Assembly: GCA_030704615.1 (NCBI GenBank)
Contig: CM060732.1
Span: forward strand, 58,838,001-58,902,000
Direction of reading: 5' to 3'
Length of the DNA: 64,000 nt
Source of the DNA: Takakia lepidozioides
Lineage: Eukaryota; Plantae; Bryophyta
Shown here: positions 39,701-52,570 of the stretch, in pieces
Layout: each line of letters opens with the position of its first letter
How positions within the stretch are numbered: position 1 is the stretch's first letter
The notes under the pieces: generated by a model
Seen by the model: the letters and a program-made list of their open reading frames with translations, nothing else
Database searches by the model: none
What the model was told of the DNA's origin: nothing
Made by a program: the position numbers and the translations under genes

Positions 39701-42161
39701 GATAGAGCCCTCATTCCCAATCCATGATACTATCCAGCAACTCCCTCTTATCTTTACCCTACAGCAAGTTCTCTGCAGATTTGATTGCCATGAAAACCCC
39801 AATGCAAAGTTGATCCCATACTCACAATGCTGGAACCAGAATATGAAAAACAAGCTCAAGACAACACACTCTGTGACTGAGGGATTGGAGAATTGAATCC
39901 CCTCAGTCAGCATACCAATCTACACTTCCATCACCTCCCTTTCTCTCTACATCTCCCTGGTTTGAAGTTCAGACAATCCCTCCATTCCATTTTTCAAAAA
40001 TGTATCATCTCCCTCATGCTAACTTGAGAGCATCAACCGGAAATTTCAACAACATCTATCTTAAGTAAAAAGAAAAGAAGCCTCCAAATCATCGCACTTA
40101 GCTGTTCTTATATCCTTCCTTAAGCGGTGGATGTCTATCTGTCGGTTCATCCCCCTTCCCCGCTTCTGCTGCCAGCTCGATCTCATCTGCCGTTGTCACT
40201 GCCATACTAGCGCACCCAGAAAGACATCATACATTACTCTATGGTGCTAAAATCTTTCACAACCGCCTCAGCAACCCGTCATAAATTCAACAACTCGACA
40301 AGCCCTAATTTCCACGATCAGCAGCACGGATCACCACACCGCCAGTCCTTTCCGCCCCTTCCTTCATCACCACTACTATTTACATGCCTAAACTATAATC
40401 AAAACTAGGTAGAAACATGTTATCCGCATCTGATCGTCATAAACAGGTTGGTATCGCTCCGCCGCCATGCCCGCCAGTACTCCATCGTTGCCATAGCCCT
40501 TGGCAACACCACACACTTAGGTTATCGCGCTTCCCTTTCCTTCCTTATCTCCTACTGCTTGCAGCCCGATTTACCAGGCTGCCATTGCCTTTTGCCCTCA
40601 TCTCCTTCATCATTACCTCTAATCAAAGGCCTACAGTAAAATAAAAAATAAAAAAACACAGAGAACTCGTTCTGTCTTGTCATAAATAGATTGCCTTGCT
40701 TGGCATATTCACATGCCTACGAACCCTATCTTACAGGTGATCCGATTCATTACCCACTCTGCTCCTCCTTTGAGGTCATCTTTATCAAGTAAGAATTATA
40801 AAGCCATGCGGCACCGCTTCCCTTCACCTGTACTTGCACAACACACCACGTGGTCTCCCTCGTAACTTGATCTTTCTGAAACAGATCATCATAAAGAAAG
40901 AGGCAGCACCGCCTGCAGCTGCACACCCTACCAAGCATCGCCCCTTAACTGACTGCTGCACCGCATGCCACGACGTTCTCCCCATAAGGTAATCTCCCAG
41001 AAATCGATCATTACCAAGAAGATGGCGGTACCATTAACACAGAGCTGAATCTGCTCTTTGTGTCCTTGCCTACTCTCCCTGCTCATTCCATTGCCCGCAG
41101 CAGAATCCACTAAGTGTTTTCCTGCCTACGCTCCCTGCTACACACAGTTTTGCTCGTTCTTCTGCTCATAGCACCCCGTAGGGCATTCCCCGCCATCGCG
41201 CACAGATGAAGTTCATTCATCTCCTGGATGAAAAACACACCTGGCCATACATTCATCCTCATGGATGATAAATCATGGATGGATGATAAATCTCAGGTAC
41301 TTACGCTATATCCTGGTCGAGCGTTCCAACGTTCCCATGATGTTCCTAGAACATGGATGAACTTCATTCATCTTGTGGATGAAAAATCCATTGTTTTCAT
41401 AGCTTACCCACTTCCATCCAGGCGAAAATCCTTTTCTCAACTCTTGAAATAACGTGGAAAATATGGAAGTACTCCGCCATCGTTGGGATGATAGATCAGG
41501 GAGAAAATCTGTCCATTCAATGGATGAAATAAACTCACAGGGATAGCTCAACTTCCTTCCCACTGGTATCAGAGCCCCTATCTTGTAGAAATGCAGAATC
41601 TGAACAAGTAACAACAAAAATTTCAATGTCACTCCCCTGCATTCATACTACACTGTGTTCATGGCTGAACGTGGGCAACCGTAAAGCAACTTTTTGAATT
41701 TTTTAACTTTTTGCACTTTGTGTCATTCCATTGACACAAGTGCTTCGTTAAAGATAGATGGATGAACCCATTTATGTATATGCCTTAAGATGCCACGTGT
41801 AGTGATGTAGTCATATAAACAGAGCTGTGAAACCTCTTGTAGTCATCTAGTCATAAGCTTTTATGGCATGTCATCAATGTGTAGTACTGGTGTAGTCATT
41901 TAGTCATAAGCTTATATGGCACATGTCTGACGTGTAGTATTGTGTATGACTACTAGTTATATAACCCAAGCTTATATTCATGGTCAACAATGTTTGACCG
42001 CGGCTCCTAGTCATGTAGTAAAACATATGACTGCATTAGATTAAAATATATTAAAATGCGCCCAACAATGGGTTTCATCACCTCGTAGTCACATGTATAG
42101 TCATATTGGTTACCAAGGTTTATATCACCCGTAGTCATAAAAACGTTAATCTGTAGTAGTG
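36788..42161. mobile_element. Non-autonomous CACTA (En/Spm) element nested in the MULE
   Basis: TIR CACTA(G/C)TACAGA(C/T)TAACGTTTTTAT, 3-bp TSD AAG (36785-36787 / 42162-42164), subterminal ATGACTAC/GTAGTCAT repeats at both ends. No transposase seen. Confidence 0.93.
37735..39270. repeat. About three tandem copies of a ~510-580-bp unit inside the CACTA
   Basis: GGA(A/G)TCATAGGTAATCTGGAGCTTGA recurs at ~37772, ~38283 and ~38863, with collinear downstream sequence. Confidence 0.9.
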
Positions 42162-44534
42162 AAGAGGCGGGCACACACTTGCGGAATGACCCATGCACGC
42201 CATACACTCGGGCGCGACCCATTGGATGGGCGCTGGAAACATGTAATTGCCATGTGTCGCAATAATGGCCGCCGTCAGGGTCTGTCGTCCTGGTCTGCCC
42301 TAACTCTCCCTCACAGTGGTGTGCCACACGGGTCTGCCATAGGGGTCTACCACCACGTCTGCCACAATACTGCTCCGCCACACTGGTCGGTGGTCTGCCA
42401 CACTGGTCTGCCAATGATTGAGTGTATTGACTCCCATAAGGAGCAGACCCATAATTTACTACAAGACCGTTTCCATGCTGGTATGTTGTGCCGGCTATAT
42501 GGTCTATTTTGGTATGGTCTGATCTTGTCTTCTCTTGGTCTGCCCATCTCGTCTGCCTTTTGTCTACATTTCTGTCCCCATCCGTTTGACCATTTTAATG
42601 GTCCCCTCATGAGGTCTGTTGATCCCCGCACTGTCATGCTAACATATGGAAGGTCCATTAGTTCGGTGCGCACAAAACTCCGCCACACATTCCCAGTAAT
42701 CCGGGTCCCCAGGCTGTGTCCACTTGCAAACAACGTTCAAGAGAGGCAACTCGAGAGCCAATTTGAATTTTATACAGCCAACCATGTACATATGCTTCCG
42801 CCATTTTCGCAATGCTATTCTACACATGGAATATGGAGGACAAGCCTCAAAGAAGACAACACGGCGCCGGAAAGGCCGATTGACATTTCCTGTCCACTAA
42901 AATGATCCTACTTCCGGTTGTTACATCAGAGCTACATACTTCCATTCAAGTCTGCACTGCAATCAAGGTAAACACCGACGTCTTCCGCGTCCTGATATAC
43001 AATCCCATCAACAGGGGAACAACAACGCAAAAATAGTAGAAGCATATGGACAAATGAGGCTGTGGCTTGAAACGATGGACTCCGACGTTGGCACGGGAGT
43101 CCACGACTGCTTCACGCGCCGTCATGCTATATGATTCTTCACTTCCGTTGGGTCCAAACAGTCAAACAACCAACATCATACACCAAACAACAAACACGAA
43201 AAGGCAGGGGACGAGGGAAGACGAAAGAGGAGGAAACACAAAAAAAAAAAAGCAAAGGGAGGTCGGCGACTGCGATACCCTAAACCCTACATGCAGGCCT
43301 TATCCAGTTGGTGAATGGTTGCATTTTTGTTGATGACGGGGATGTGGCGCCCATCTGCCCGTCCATACGCGGTACAATGAACGCACTAGGGTCTCGAGGT
43401 TTGTAGGGTGGAGGAGAAGTTTTCGAAATTTTTTTGTGTGAGTTAGCATCGGGCAATGTCAGAATATACGTCCAGCACAGCGGTCGGAAGCTCCTCTGGA
43501 AGTAGGGGCAGGGGCAAGGGCAAAAAAAGGAAGCATGAGACGACTTATTTGAAGAACAAAACTAGGATTGCCCCTTGGAAGACGGACATGTTTGCGCCCA
43601 ACGAGGCCTCGGTATCTGCTCTGCTGTGCGGGTTCGGGGTGGTCTGCCGGACGACATGCAGACCTAGCGGGGCGACCGCGGGTGGGGGGACTACTGTCCA
43701 CGGGCCGCGATCCGCGTGCGCCGAGGCTGCCGACCGCATTGCGCGGTTGCCCGGTGGGGGGGGGAGGGAGGGGCGCGGGCGCGGGCGCGTGGGGTGGGGT
43801 GGGAGACCCCGCGTCCGTGCGGCCGTGCGCGTCCTGTCCCACACGTGAGACATAAACTCCCAATTATTCAAAAATGAGAGGCTAAAAAATGTCCACGTTA
43901 ATAGAACTACAAAAAGGGAAAAATCGTCATCACGGCTGATGATGTACAGGCAGTGAAGGTTGGAACAAAGATTTTATACATGTATGATGTGAATGTGACA
44001 TTCTCAATATCTCTACACCTTTTGCAAATTTCTCTAACTTGTCTACCAAGTGCATGACCTCAGTTGACCTCTGCTCCAAGAAATGATGCAACATTTCAAG
44101 AGCAACGTGTGCATCTTTAAAACCTACTGGGGTTACACTTGGATCAATAAGTACTTATACATTCACTCTATTCTTCCTCTTCTATGACAGTTGCTTGAGG
44201 CCCGAGCATCTCCAGTATCACTGCTTCACTTCATAGTTTCCGCCTCTTCTATGATAGTTGCTTGAGGCCCGAGCATCTCCAGTATCACTTAATAGTTTCC
44301 TGCTTTCACTTAATGCCCCTAGAGTCTCTATTATTAAGCTCATTTATATATGCCACTTGAGTTGATCGGAGACATAACTTGAGTGAATGAAGAGCATTTT
44401 AACACATACACATGGAGTGATGAGTGTTTAACAGTTAAACACTTAATATAGTTCACCCCAAGTAGGGAGTAAGAATTATGCTAACACATATAGTTTTTTA
44501 ACGCTTATGGAGGGCCTACTTAATTACCAAGAAT

Positions 44535-45035
44535 GGTGAGAGTTGGGGCTGACTTGGAGCCATAATTCTTTGAGGAAGCTAAGAGCTTGTTTATCAAATA
44601 CAAAGATGTATTTGCTTGGAGCTATGAAGATCTGCAAGGGATACCACCTGAGATCTGCCAGCATAAGATTGAACTGGAACCAGGGTCAGTACCAATTAAA
44701 TAGGCAAGGTGCAGGATGAATCCCAACTATGCACAGAAGGTTGGGGAAGAGATTAAGAAGTTGGCTGAGGCTAAGTTCATATACCCGATAAAGTATACAA
44801 CTTGGCTATCACCCATTGTGATGGTTCCCAAGAAGAATGGCAAACTAAGAGTTTGTGTGAACTATAAGAAGTTGAATGATTGTACAAAGAAAGATCCATT
44901 TCCTTTGCCATTTACAGATGCTGTATTGGACACTGTGGCAAGCCACTCGTTCATGGATGGCTTCAGTGGGTATAACCAAGTATAAGTAGCCGAAGAAGAC
45001 CAGTGAAAGACTGCTTTCATCACAAACTGGGGTGG
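44535..45035 (+). mobile_element. Ty3/Gypsy RT fragment
   Basis: YKDVFAWSYEDLQGIPP..WLSPIVMVPKKNGKLRVCVNYKKLN..FMDGFSGYNQ..KTAFITNWG, with stops. Confidence 0.88.
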
Positions 45036-45840
45036 TTCTCTTGAATTAACTCGCTTGTTAATCCAAACTATGGGTGCTCTATTCGAGAACCCTTTGCATA
45101 GTTAGGCTGCCTTCCCAATAAGGAAACATTTAAATATTTAAATTCACAAATTAGTAGCCAGAACTAAGAATAGCGGCAGCAACTCCAAGCGCCTATTTTG
45201 ACGAGTCTAGAACTTTCACCCCTGCCCCAGACAGGTGGGGCCTGCCCTGGACGTGGACGTGTGGATGAGGAACGGATGAGGACAGGTTGGATGCGGATGA
45301 AGAGGGTGGGTGTGAGCAAACCTAAAAGTGGGTCTTATTGGCGCTGGGTTGGTGCCGCACCATGTTCTGGCTCGGCCCATGTTCTGGGGTGGCCCATGTG
45401 CCCGACGTAAATACGCGATGAATTATTTACGAAAATGCGACTGGGGGGCGTCAGTGGCTGGGGGACAAGGAGCGCAGAGCCGATCAGGCGACCGGCTGTG
45501 AGCAGGCGGCATTGACTGGTGACCGTGGGTGATGCGGCAGCGGTGGCAGCGCTATACGGGACGGCGACGGAGAGCACCGGTCAGAGCCATGTGTCAGAGT
45601 CTGACACGGACTGTTATTTTGGTTAGACTGAAGTGGGCGTTAAAGCGGCTTGATGCGGCATGATTGGTTATAGGACGCCGTATGTCAGGTTTCGCCAGGT
45701 TTCGCCACTATTCTGCATTCCCCTCGCTGGCAGTTTTAAGAACTTACGTGAAACAGGGACCCTACTTAAGTATTTGCTTTAGAAAAAATAGCCCAGCTAC
45801 ATTATTAAAAACATTTTGTATTTCTCCATATTCAACCACC

Positions 45841-46030
45841 GGTTGGTAGTTCAGTTGGATAGAGCACTCAGTGCCACCCAGGCAACCCTTGGTTCAAATT
45901 CTCCCCCTTCCCCTTCCCTGAGCCTGGTGCTTGCCTCCTCAAGGCAAGGTTATTATAAAAGTGGTTACTTTCTCCTCTCCCTATAATTAAGGGGTCTGAT
46001 TAACCTTAGGGGGATAAAAAAAAGAAAAGA
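45841..46030 (+). mobile_element. tRNA-derived SINE-like element
   Basis: A-box TAGTTCAGTTGG and B-box GGTTCAAATTC at tRNA spacing, then unrelated body and A-rich tail. No proper cloverleaf and no TSD seen. Confidence 0.5.
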
Positions 46031-47247
46031 AGCGGGCTGATTTGTGAGCGGTCACTCTCTTGGGAATATATATATAAATAGAATCAATATTTTGGCAAGA
46101 TTTTCTCATTTTGCATACATGTCGCAATTCCGCCTGAGCCATCTCGGATTCTTCATACATGTTTTGCAAGTCTTGGGATCCCATTCTGCAAGTCCTTTGG
46201 AATTGAGGCCCAGAGTTTCCAATGTGTGATCGTAATAATACTCAAATAAAAAACTAAAAACCCACAATTTGCTACCATTCTGCCATTTCAACAAAGGGGA
46301 ATGGAGGCCCTTTTTTTTGGCTTTTTTTGCGGTTTCCAAGGAAACACCCCCAGCCAGTGTTTTTTTTTTGGCGAAAAATCGCCAAATGGCGACCTCGAAA
46401 CATTAAAATGGAATATTCTGTCGGAAATTCCCAATTTTTTCATGGATGAAATCGCCAAACTTCTACAAGGAAAATAAAATAAAATGGATGAATTCGCCCA
46501 AATGTGGATGATGTAAATGGATGAAAGTACATAGGAGGATGATTCTATCCAAATTTTCAATGGATGAACAGAATAATAGCTATTTCTTGTAGCCACTCGT
46601 GCTATTTTTCAAGTTTAAGAAAAAAATCACTGCCCCCAGCCCATTTTTCTTCATTCAAGCCTCCATTTAATCTCATATATTTAATTTCTTTTTCGGATCC
46701 CGGGCAGGAGTGGAATATCTCAGAAGGAATGAAATGACACAGGACGGTGTCATTGAATGGTTAATAAAGCAGCATGGGTTATCGTTAATCCGGATTGTGG
46801 GGGACCAATGACCATAAAGGCAAATAGTGCATATTTGAAATATAAAATAGGCCTGGCAAACGGACGTTTCATTTAATTGCAGTGATGGTGGGCTCATAAA
46901 GGGCGCAAAAATGGGATATTCAGTTTAGGGCACTAGTCAACTCACTAACAGGGAGGGAACGGAGGCGATTAAGGCGAAATCCGAGGAGCGCAGTGCAGCG
47001 TGCAGTCACTAATGAGGCGGATTAGTGCGACTAGTAACTGCGACGCCGAGCCGGGCGTCGCTGGCCGGCTCGGCGCTGATTGCGCCCTTCCGCACTGCGC
47101 ACTTTAACTAGAGCGAGCTGCAGCCCTCCCCCGCTCGTGCACTCCTGCTCTCGCACCTCGCTCTCTCGCCCCATCTATCTTCCCTCGAGGAGGAAGAGCA
47201 GCGTCCGCTACCAATCTGCCAAGCTCGGTCTCACCACAGACCACGCA

Positions 47248-49061
47248 ATGTGAGTCCTTTACTTCCCGGTGCTGATGAAGCTAGAAACTTGTCATTGCTT
47301 AGCATTCCGTCTCGGTTCTAGTTCGGGGTCTGATAGTGAATGCCATGGCTCATGCCGATGTCTGGGTGTGTGAGCGCTGTGTGAGGACTCATTTTGCACC
47401 TGGGTATTTGCTTAGTTCCCACTCATCTTGTTTCTATGCAATGTGCCTGTTTGAGGGGTGTGTGGATTTCCTGATTCAGTGATGAGTGTAGTCGTGTTCC
47501 TCGGTCTGTTGTGAATGCTGGTACTGATTTGTTAGCTTGTAGCGGAGTTGTTCTAACGAAGGGCGGTCTTTTGTGAGTGCTGGTGTTGATTTCTAATAAA
47601 GGGCTGGACTGACACGCAGGGCTCTGGTGGCGGTGCTTGCTGCGTTGGTTTGGCTGGTGCTGCTGGCCGGTGGGGTCAATGGGAGCAGCGTGGCTCTAGG
47701 AAAATACAAATTGGGAGATAGTTCGTTGCAGTCGACACAGAAGTTCGATCTCAGTAAGAAGGTGTATGAAGATGTGGATGGAAGTGCATTCGCGAAGACA
47801 GAGGTGCGAACGTCCATGGATTCGACTTCTGAGAAGAGCGCGTTACTGCCTCGCGGGCAGGGTGAGGAGGCTCCAAGGGATGACGGTCGGGACTTCAGGA
47901 CAGCTGCATACAAGTATTACGCATTCAGAGCTAAAGAGCTGATAAGGAAAGCTGCTAGTCAAGGTGCCGCTGGCCCGGCATGGAGCGATGGCCACGCTAC
48001 GTTCTACGGTGGGGCTGACGCCTCCGGCACTATGGGTAAGTCGTTATGACAGTAATGCGACTGATAGTAGGAATAGAGTGGCAGCATATTCTACTGTTTC
48101 TACATGTTGTAGACGTTTTCTGCTGGGAAGTTCAAAGCTCTTTAGTTTGTTCACTTCACCAGGGGAGACGATCTCTATCGTTAGCCTGCTCTCATTTTGT
48201 TTGTTATGTTGGTGCAGCTGGTGCTTGCGGATATGGAGATCTGTACAGTCAAGGTTACGGCACCAACACCGCCGCTCTGAGTACCGCTCTGTTCAATAAC
48301 GGAGCTACCTGTGGAGCATGCTTCCAGATCAAATGTAATGATCCAAGCTCGTGCCTACCAGGATACATTGCTGTCACTGCGACAAACTTTTGTCCACCCA
48401 ACTTCGCGTTGGCCAACAACAATGGTGGTTGGTGCAATCCACCTTTGCAACATTTCGATTTGGCGCAGCCTGCTTTCCAACAGATTGCGCAGTACAGCGC
48501 GGGCATCGTCCCAGTGTTGTTTCGAAGGTAGCCTGCTACTTTATGCCCTTCCGTTTATTTGGGCTTGGTATAGATCCGTTCTTGTCCAAGATCTAACTTC
48601 TCACTATCTCTAGTGCCGCTTCTTTGTTCTTCGACTCGACGCCTTCACAGTTGTGCCCAGGGTTGTTGCCATTTACAAGTCTGTCGCTGCTGGCTCAGCT
48701 TATTGGTCTGTAGTAGATCACCCTTCCTGAGGTTCTGGTGAACGTTGGTTTTTTCAGGGTTCCCTGTGCTAAGCAAGGAGGTATTCGTTTCACGATCAAC
48801 GGCAACCCCAACTTCAACCTTGTCACTATCACCAATGTGGGTGGTGCCGGAGATGTTGTGAGCGTAATGATGAAAGGCTCTCGCACAGATTGGTACCCGA
48901 TGCAACGAAACTGGGGCGCGAACTGGCAGTGTAGCTACATGATGGTTGGACAATCTCTATCCTTCCAAGTACGGACAAGTGACGGTAGGGTCCTGACTGC
49001 GATGAATGTGGCGGACCCCAGCTGGAGTTTTGGCCAGACTTATGAAGGGCTACAGTTTTAA
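47248..49061 (+). CDS. EXPA: Alpha-expansin with long N-terminal extension; exons 47248-47249, 47620-48035, 48218-48527, 48758-49061
   Basis: Signal peptide [19 protein letters not shown]; [56 protein letters not shown]. Confidence 0.95.
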
Positions 49062-50800
49062 TTTCCACCTTTTGGCCCAGTCTGCAAGCTTAAGTTTTGA
49101 GAATGCCTTCCGAAGGAAGGGATCAGTCTTAGTCTGTACAAAATCGTTGCAGGAAGTGATTGGAGCCTGAATTGTCTAATGTGCCCTCAGAGATGTTTTT
49201 GGATTGTCAAGTTTACTCAGACTAGTATAAGCGATTAGACTTTAGTGGGGATTTATGCCTCTGATTTTGGGGGCTCTGACAGACGCGTTTCAAAAGGAAA
49301 CGGTTTGTTTGGAATACATTCAATTTGGGAAGTGGTGAAGAAAATTCACGAGACGCCAGCTGAAAGTCAGCACAGGAAGCGTCCGTTTCTGATGGGAATT
49401 TTGTCTTGCGAGAGTACTGTCAAACGTCAATGGTAGCTGAGGTTTGGTGAAGGAGCCACCCGCCCCTCGCGATGCTCAAGGCAGCTGTGGTGGTTAGTGG
49501 TCGCCCGCTCCAGAGAATGTTGCGATTTCCTAGTTGGCACCCAGCGGTGTGCAGTTTCATTTGCCACCATGTATTAACTGTCAGTGGTGGGAATTTGTCA
49601 GCCACCTGTGTCATTTATACACTAAAACTTTCTCCTGCCCTTGCTTCTACGAAGAGAGAAGATCTCTGTGCTGTACCCATTCAAATTTCCAGATGGCTGT
49701 TGTTTCATATCGCTGCTTCCCTTTTTTCATGTTGTCATGGATGTTGGTGAGGAGCGAGTGAGAACTTTTGGTCACTGCCCTTCTGATCGGGTACCCATAC
49801 TCCAGCTTTTTATCTCTGTGGGAAATGTACGAAAGTTTTCGAGGGTAAGATCTCGCCAGTGCAAATCACTTCACAGCTGCTCTACTCGAAGGAGGAATAT
49901 CCCTCCGACGCTGCTGATGGATCGACCATGTTTTCAGACTGCGTATAATTGTAGAAGTGTTCTCGGGAAGTACAGCGAATCATTTCCCATTGTTCGTTGA
50001 TTTGTTGCGATCAGCTCTGCAAACAGCTCTTGCAATTGAGGGAAATGTGTATAACTGGCAACTGGTAAGCTATAAATATCCTAAAATGTATCTTAAAGTC
50101 GTGTATTCATTTCTTACCTTGGGCAATAGCTCTTCGAGGCGAAATGACAACAAAATCCATGCTGGAGTCTTCCCCTCTGTCTATCTCTCTCCCGCCTTGG
50201 TTTTTGGGAGAACAAGGGACTTGTTAGAAGAACTGTAAAATAACTGTCCCTGACGCAGTTCTATTCGGCAATAAACTTCATATGTTAGTCCTGCACATTG
50301 ACCTAAGGTGTATGCAGGGTCAAGCAACATTCTCCCATTCCCATCTACAAGCAGCTTGTTCTGCATTAGTTCGCCTATGATTCTGTGCTGATCTGTTGTC
50401 GTAGCATGAGCTTGTTTAAGAATTTGCATTGAGACTATGCTTCGTGAAAATTCTGTGTGCTGCAAAATTGAAATACCTTATCACTGAGAAAAATTATAGT
50501 ACAGCATGTATAAAATGTCTGGTGACATGTTCCATGTTCCAACATAAAACTATCTCGGGTGCCTCCAGCCACTTCCACACTCGACAATTTCTAGTACTTC
50601 AGCCCAACAGCCCTGCAAGAGCTTATGTTACTTCCGTTATTGCCAGATAGCCACAGAACAACTCCTTCTCAACATCCCCTGATCAGCATTGTGGCTACAC
50701 CACCTTTGAACTCGCACACAACCAACCAACAGAGCCGCTTTTTGATGTGTATTCCATTGGGCCATAGAGGTTCTGAGTATATACCAGAAGCATAGGGTAA

Positions 50801-52570
50801 TTAGGACACGGCAGCATATGCCATGGGGATTGCAGCTTGCAAACCACAATCGACATTGGGTCCTAGATCATCCACTCCAAAATAGCCATTAAGGAAGTAG
50901 CTGTAGTGGGAGATGCGGTCCTGCATGCGGGGATCATCACCATGCCCACACTCCACATCACCTGCCAGAATGTTGATGGTCATCCCAAAGCCTGGAGCGC
51001 GACTGAGTAGTGTATCATTCTTGGTTGGCACCCACTTGCCTATCATGACATCATGTGGAGAAGGGCGTGTCTTGGCTGGGGTCATCCAAGACCAGATCGC
51101 TGCCTGAAAGGCCAGTGTGGCGTTGGTGCTCAGCAGATCCGGGTTGTTCAATGCATCAAATTTCAGTGCCACTCCTGTTGCTCCATAGTTGTAATTCCTG
51201 TGAACAGACCAAAGCACAAAGAGGAGCCAAAGAAAGTGGCATGAAACGGCTTTTGACTCAACTATCCACTTGATTCAACCATGACCGAGGAAATTACAAA
51301 TACATTGGCATACCCCTGCATGTCCACAAAACAAGAGAAAATCCAATGCTATTAGTAAGAGTACAGACCAGTAGATGGGGAGGGCCCCGCGGCCATAGTA
51401 GCCAACACCCGGAACACACTTATACACCAACTGAGAAGGATCGCAATACATTTGGTCAGGTGCTAGTTCCTGATTGTAACACAGCCCCCACGCGTATGGT
51501 CCATCCTTTGCACCTGACCACCCACCTGTCCTCCCACCACAATTGCTTTCCCTCATTTCAGCTGAAAAAACCCTGCTTACGGCATACATCAGTATAACAC
51601 GACTCAGCAGTTGGGAAGCATAGCATAGGTTGAGGCCAATACGAATTTGGACTTCTGCCAACGTCTTTGCCAATCAAACCTTACCTTTCCATCTACATTT
51701 CTCGTCTTGCCTACTGAGTCAGGGAGCAGTGAAGTTACTGAAAAACAGTAAGCCATCAGTCGCAGCATGTTGAAGACATTCTAACACAGGCCGACAACTA
51801 AATCAGCAGATAGCAAATGTTGTGTATGATACATTTTGCTGGCAGGTCCTATGAACAATATTCTACTTCCACAACTTACAGCCAATGACCCAGAAAATCA
51901 AGATCCCTACACATACATGGCATGGGCGGCATTGCATCCTCCAGTGCGCACACCGACGAAACAGTGTGTGTAAAAAGCTGTCCAAATGTGTGACATATCA
52001 ACTCCACTAGTCGGCACCTCAAGACCTCTACCACAAACTGCTGCCAACACACTTTTTCCTTTCGCATCGACACACATTTTCTGGGTCTCTTCCATCATCG
52101 TTCCGATCCACAAACAGATACTATATCAACTTACAAAGTAACCAGGTGCCGTGAATGAGAAAAGTACAGCATAGAGTAGTCAGAAACAGAAGCGTGATGA
52201 GGAACCTACATGAGGTCTCATGGGCTACATGAGCCAAAAAGGCGGCCAGCTCTCGCTTCTGCATGTCGTCACCACCCACGCTGCCAAAGCCCTTGCTTTC
52301 AAACAGCTTTGCCGCATCTATGAAGCTCTCGTACGTCCAGAAGTACTGGGCATGGGCAGAAGGATCATTTCGGTGGTTGAACATGGCCTCAAACATGTCG
52401 ACTGTGAAGAGGTCGCTCACAGTCTTGTTGCAGCAGAGCTCGCCCACACATTGAAGGCTCTTGTCACAGGTGCCCACGGCCATACCCTGCCCAACCAGCA
52501 TTGCCACCACCAGGGCTGCCAACGCCACTATCATTGTACCACCCCTCATCTCTCCTCCTCCCCGATCCAA
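50801..52570 (-). CDS. CTL: GH19 chitinase-like protein (CTL1/CTL2 type); exons 52570-52210, 51525-51369, 51197-50801
   Basis: Signal peptide, [68 protein letters not shown]. No hevein domain. Confidence 0.9.

Larger units (their letters stand above)
29531..43882 (+). mobile_element. Mutator-like element (MULE), 14.35 kb, with nested insertions
   Basis: Long TIRs starting GCCTCTCATTTTT(A/G)AATAATTGGGAGTTTATGTC (~90 bp highly similar, patchy beyond). 9-bp TSD TAAAAAATG at 29522-29530 and 43883-43891. Confidence 0.93.

Noticed and set aside
41200-41540. GGATGAA/TTCATCC-rich patches (also ~21880, ~28780-29110, ~46350-46600)
   Set aside because: Probably MITE remnants, but no termini or TSDs could be defined.
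43456-43871. GC-rich ORFs at MULE ends (also 29558-30089) and NRNR/EPEP ORFs at 20437-21467
   Set aside because: They are translations of TIR and subterminal repeats.
45841-45912. Functional tRNA gene
   Set aside because: A and B boxes are present but acceptor and anticodon stems do not pair; treated as SINE-like.
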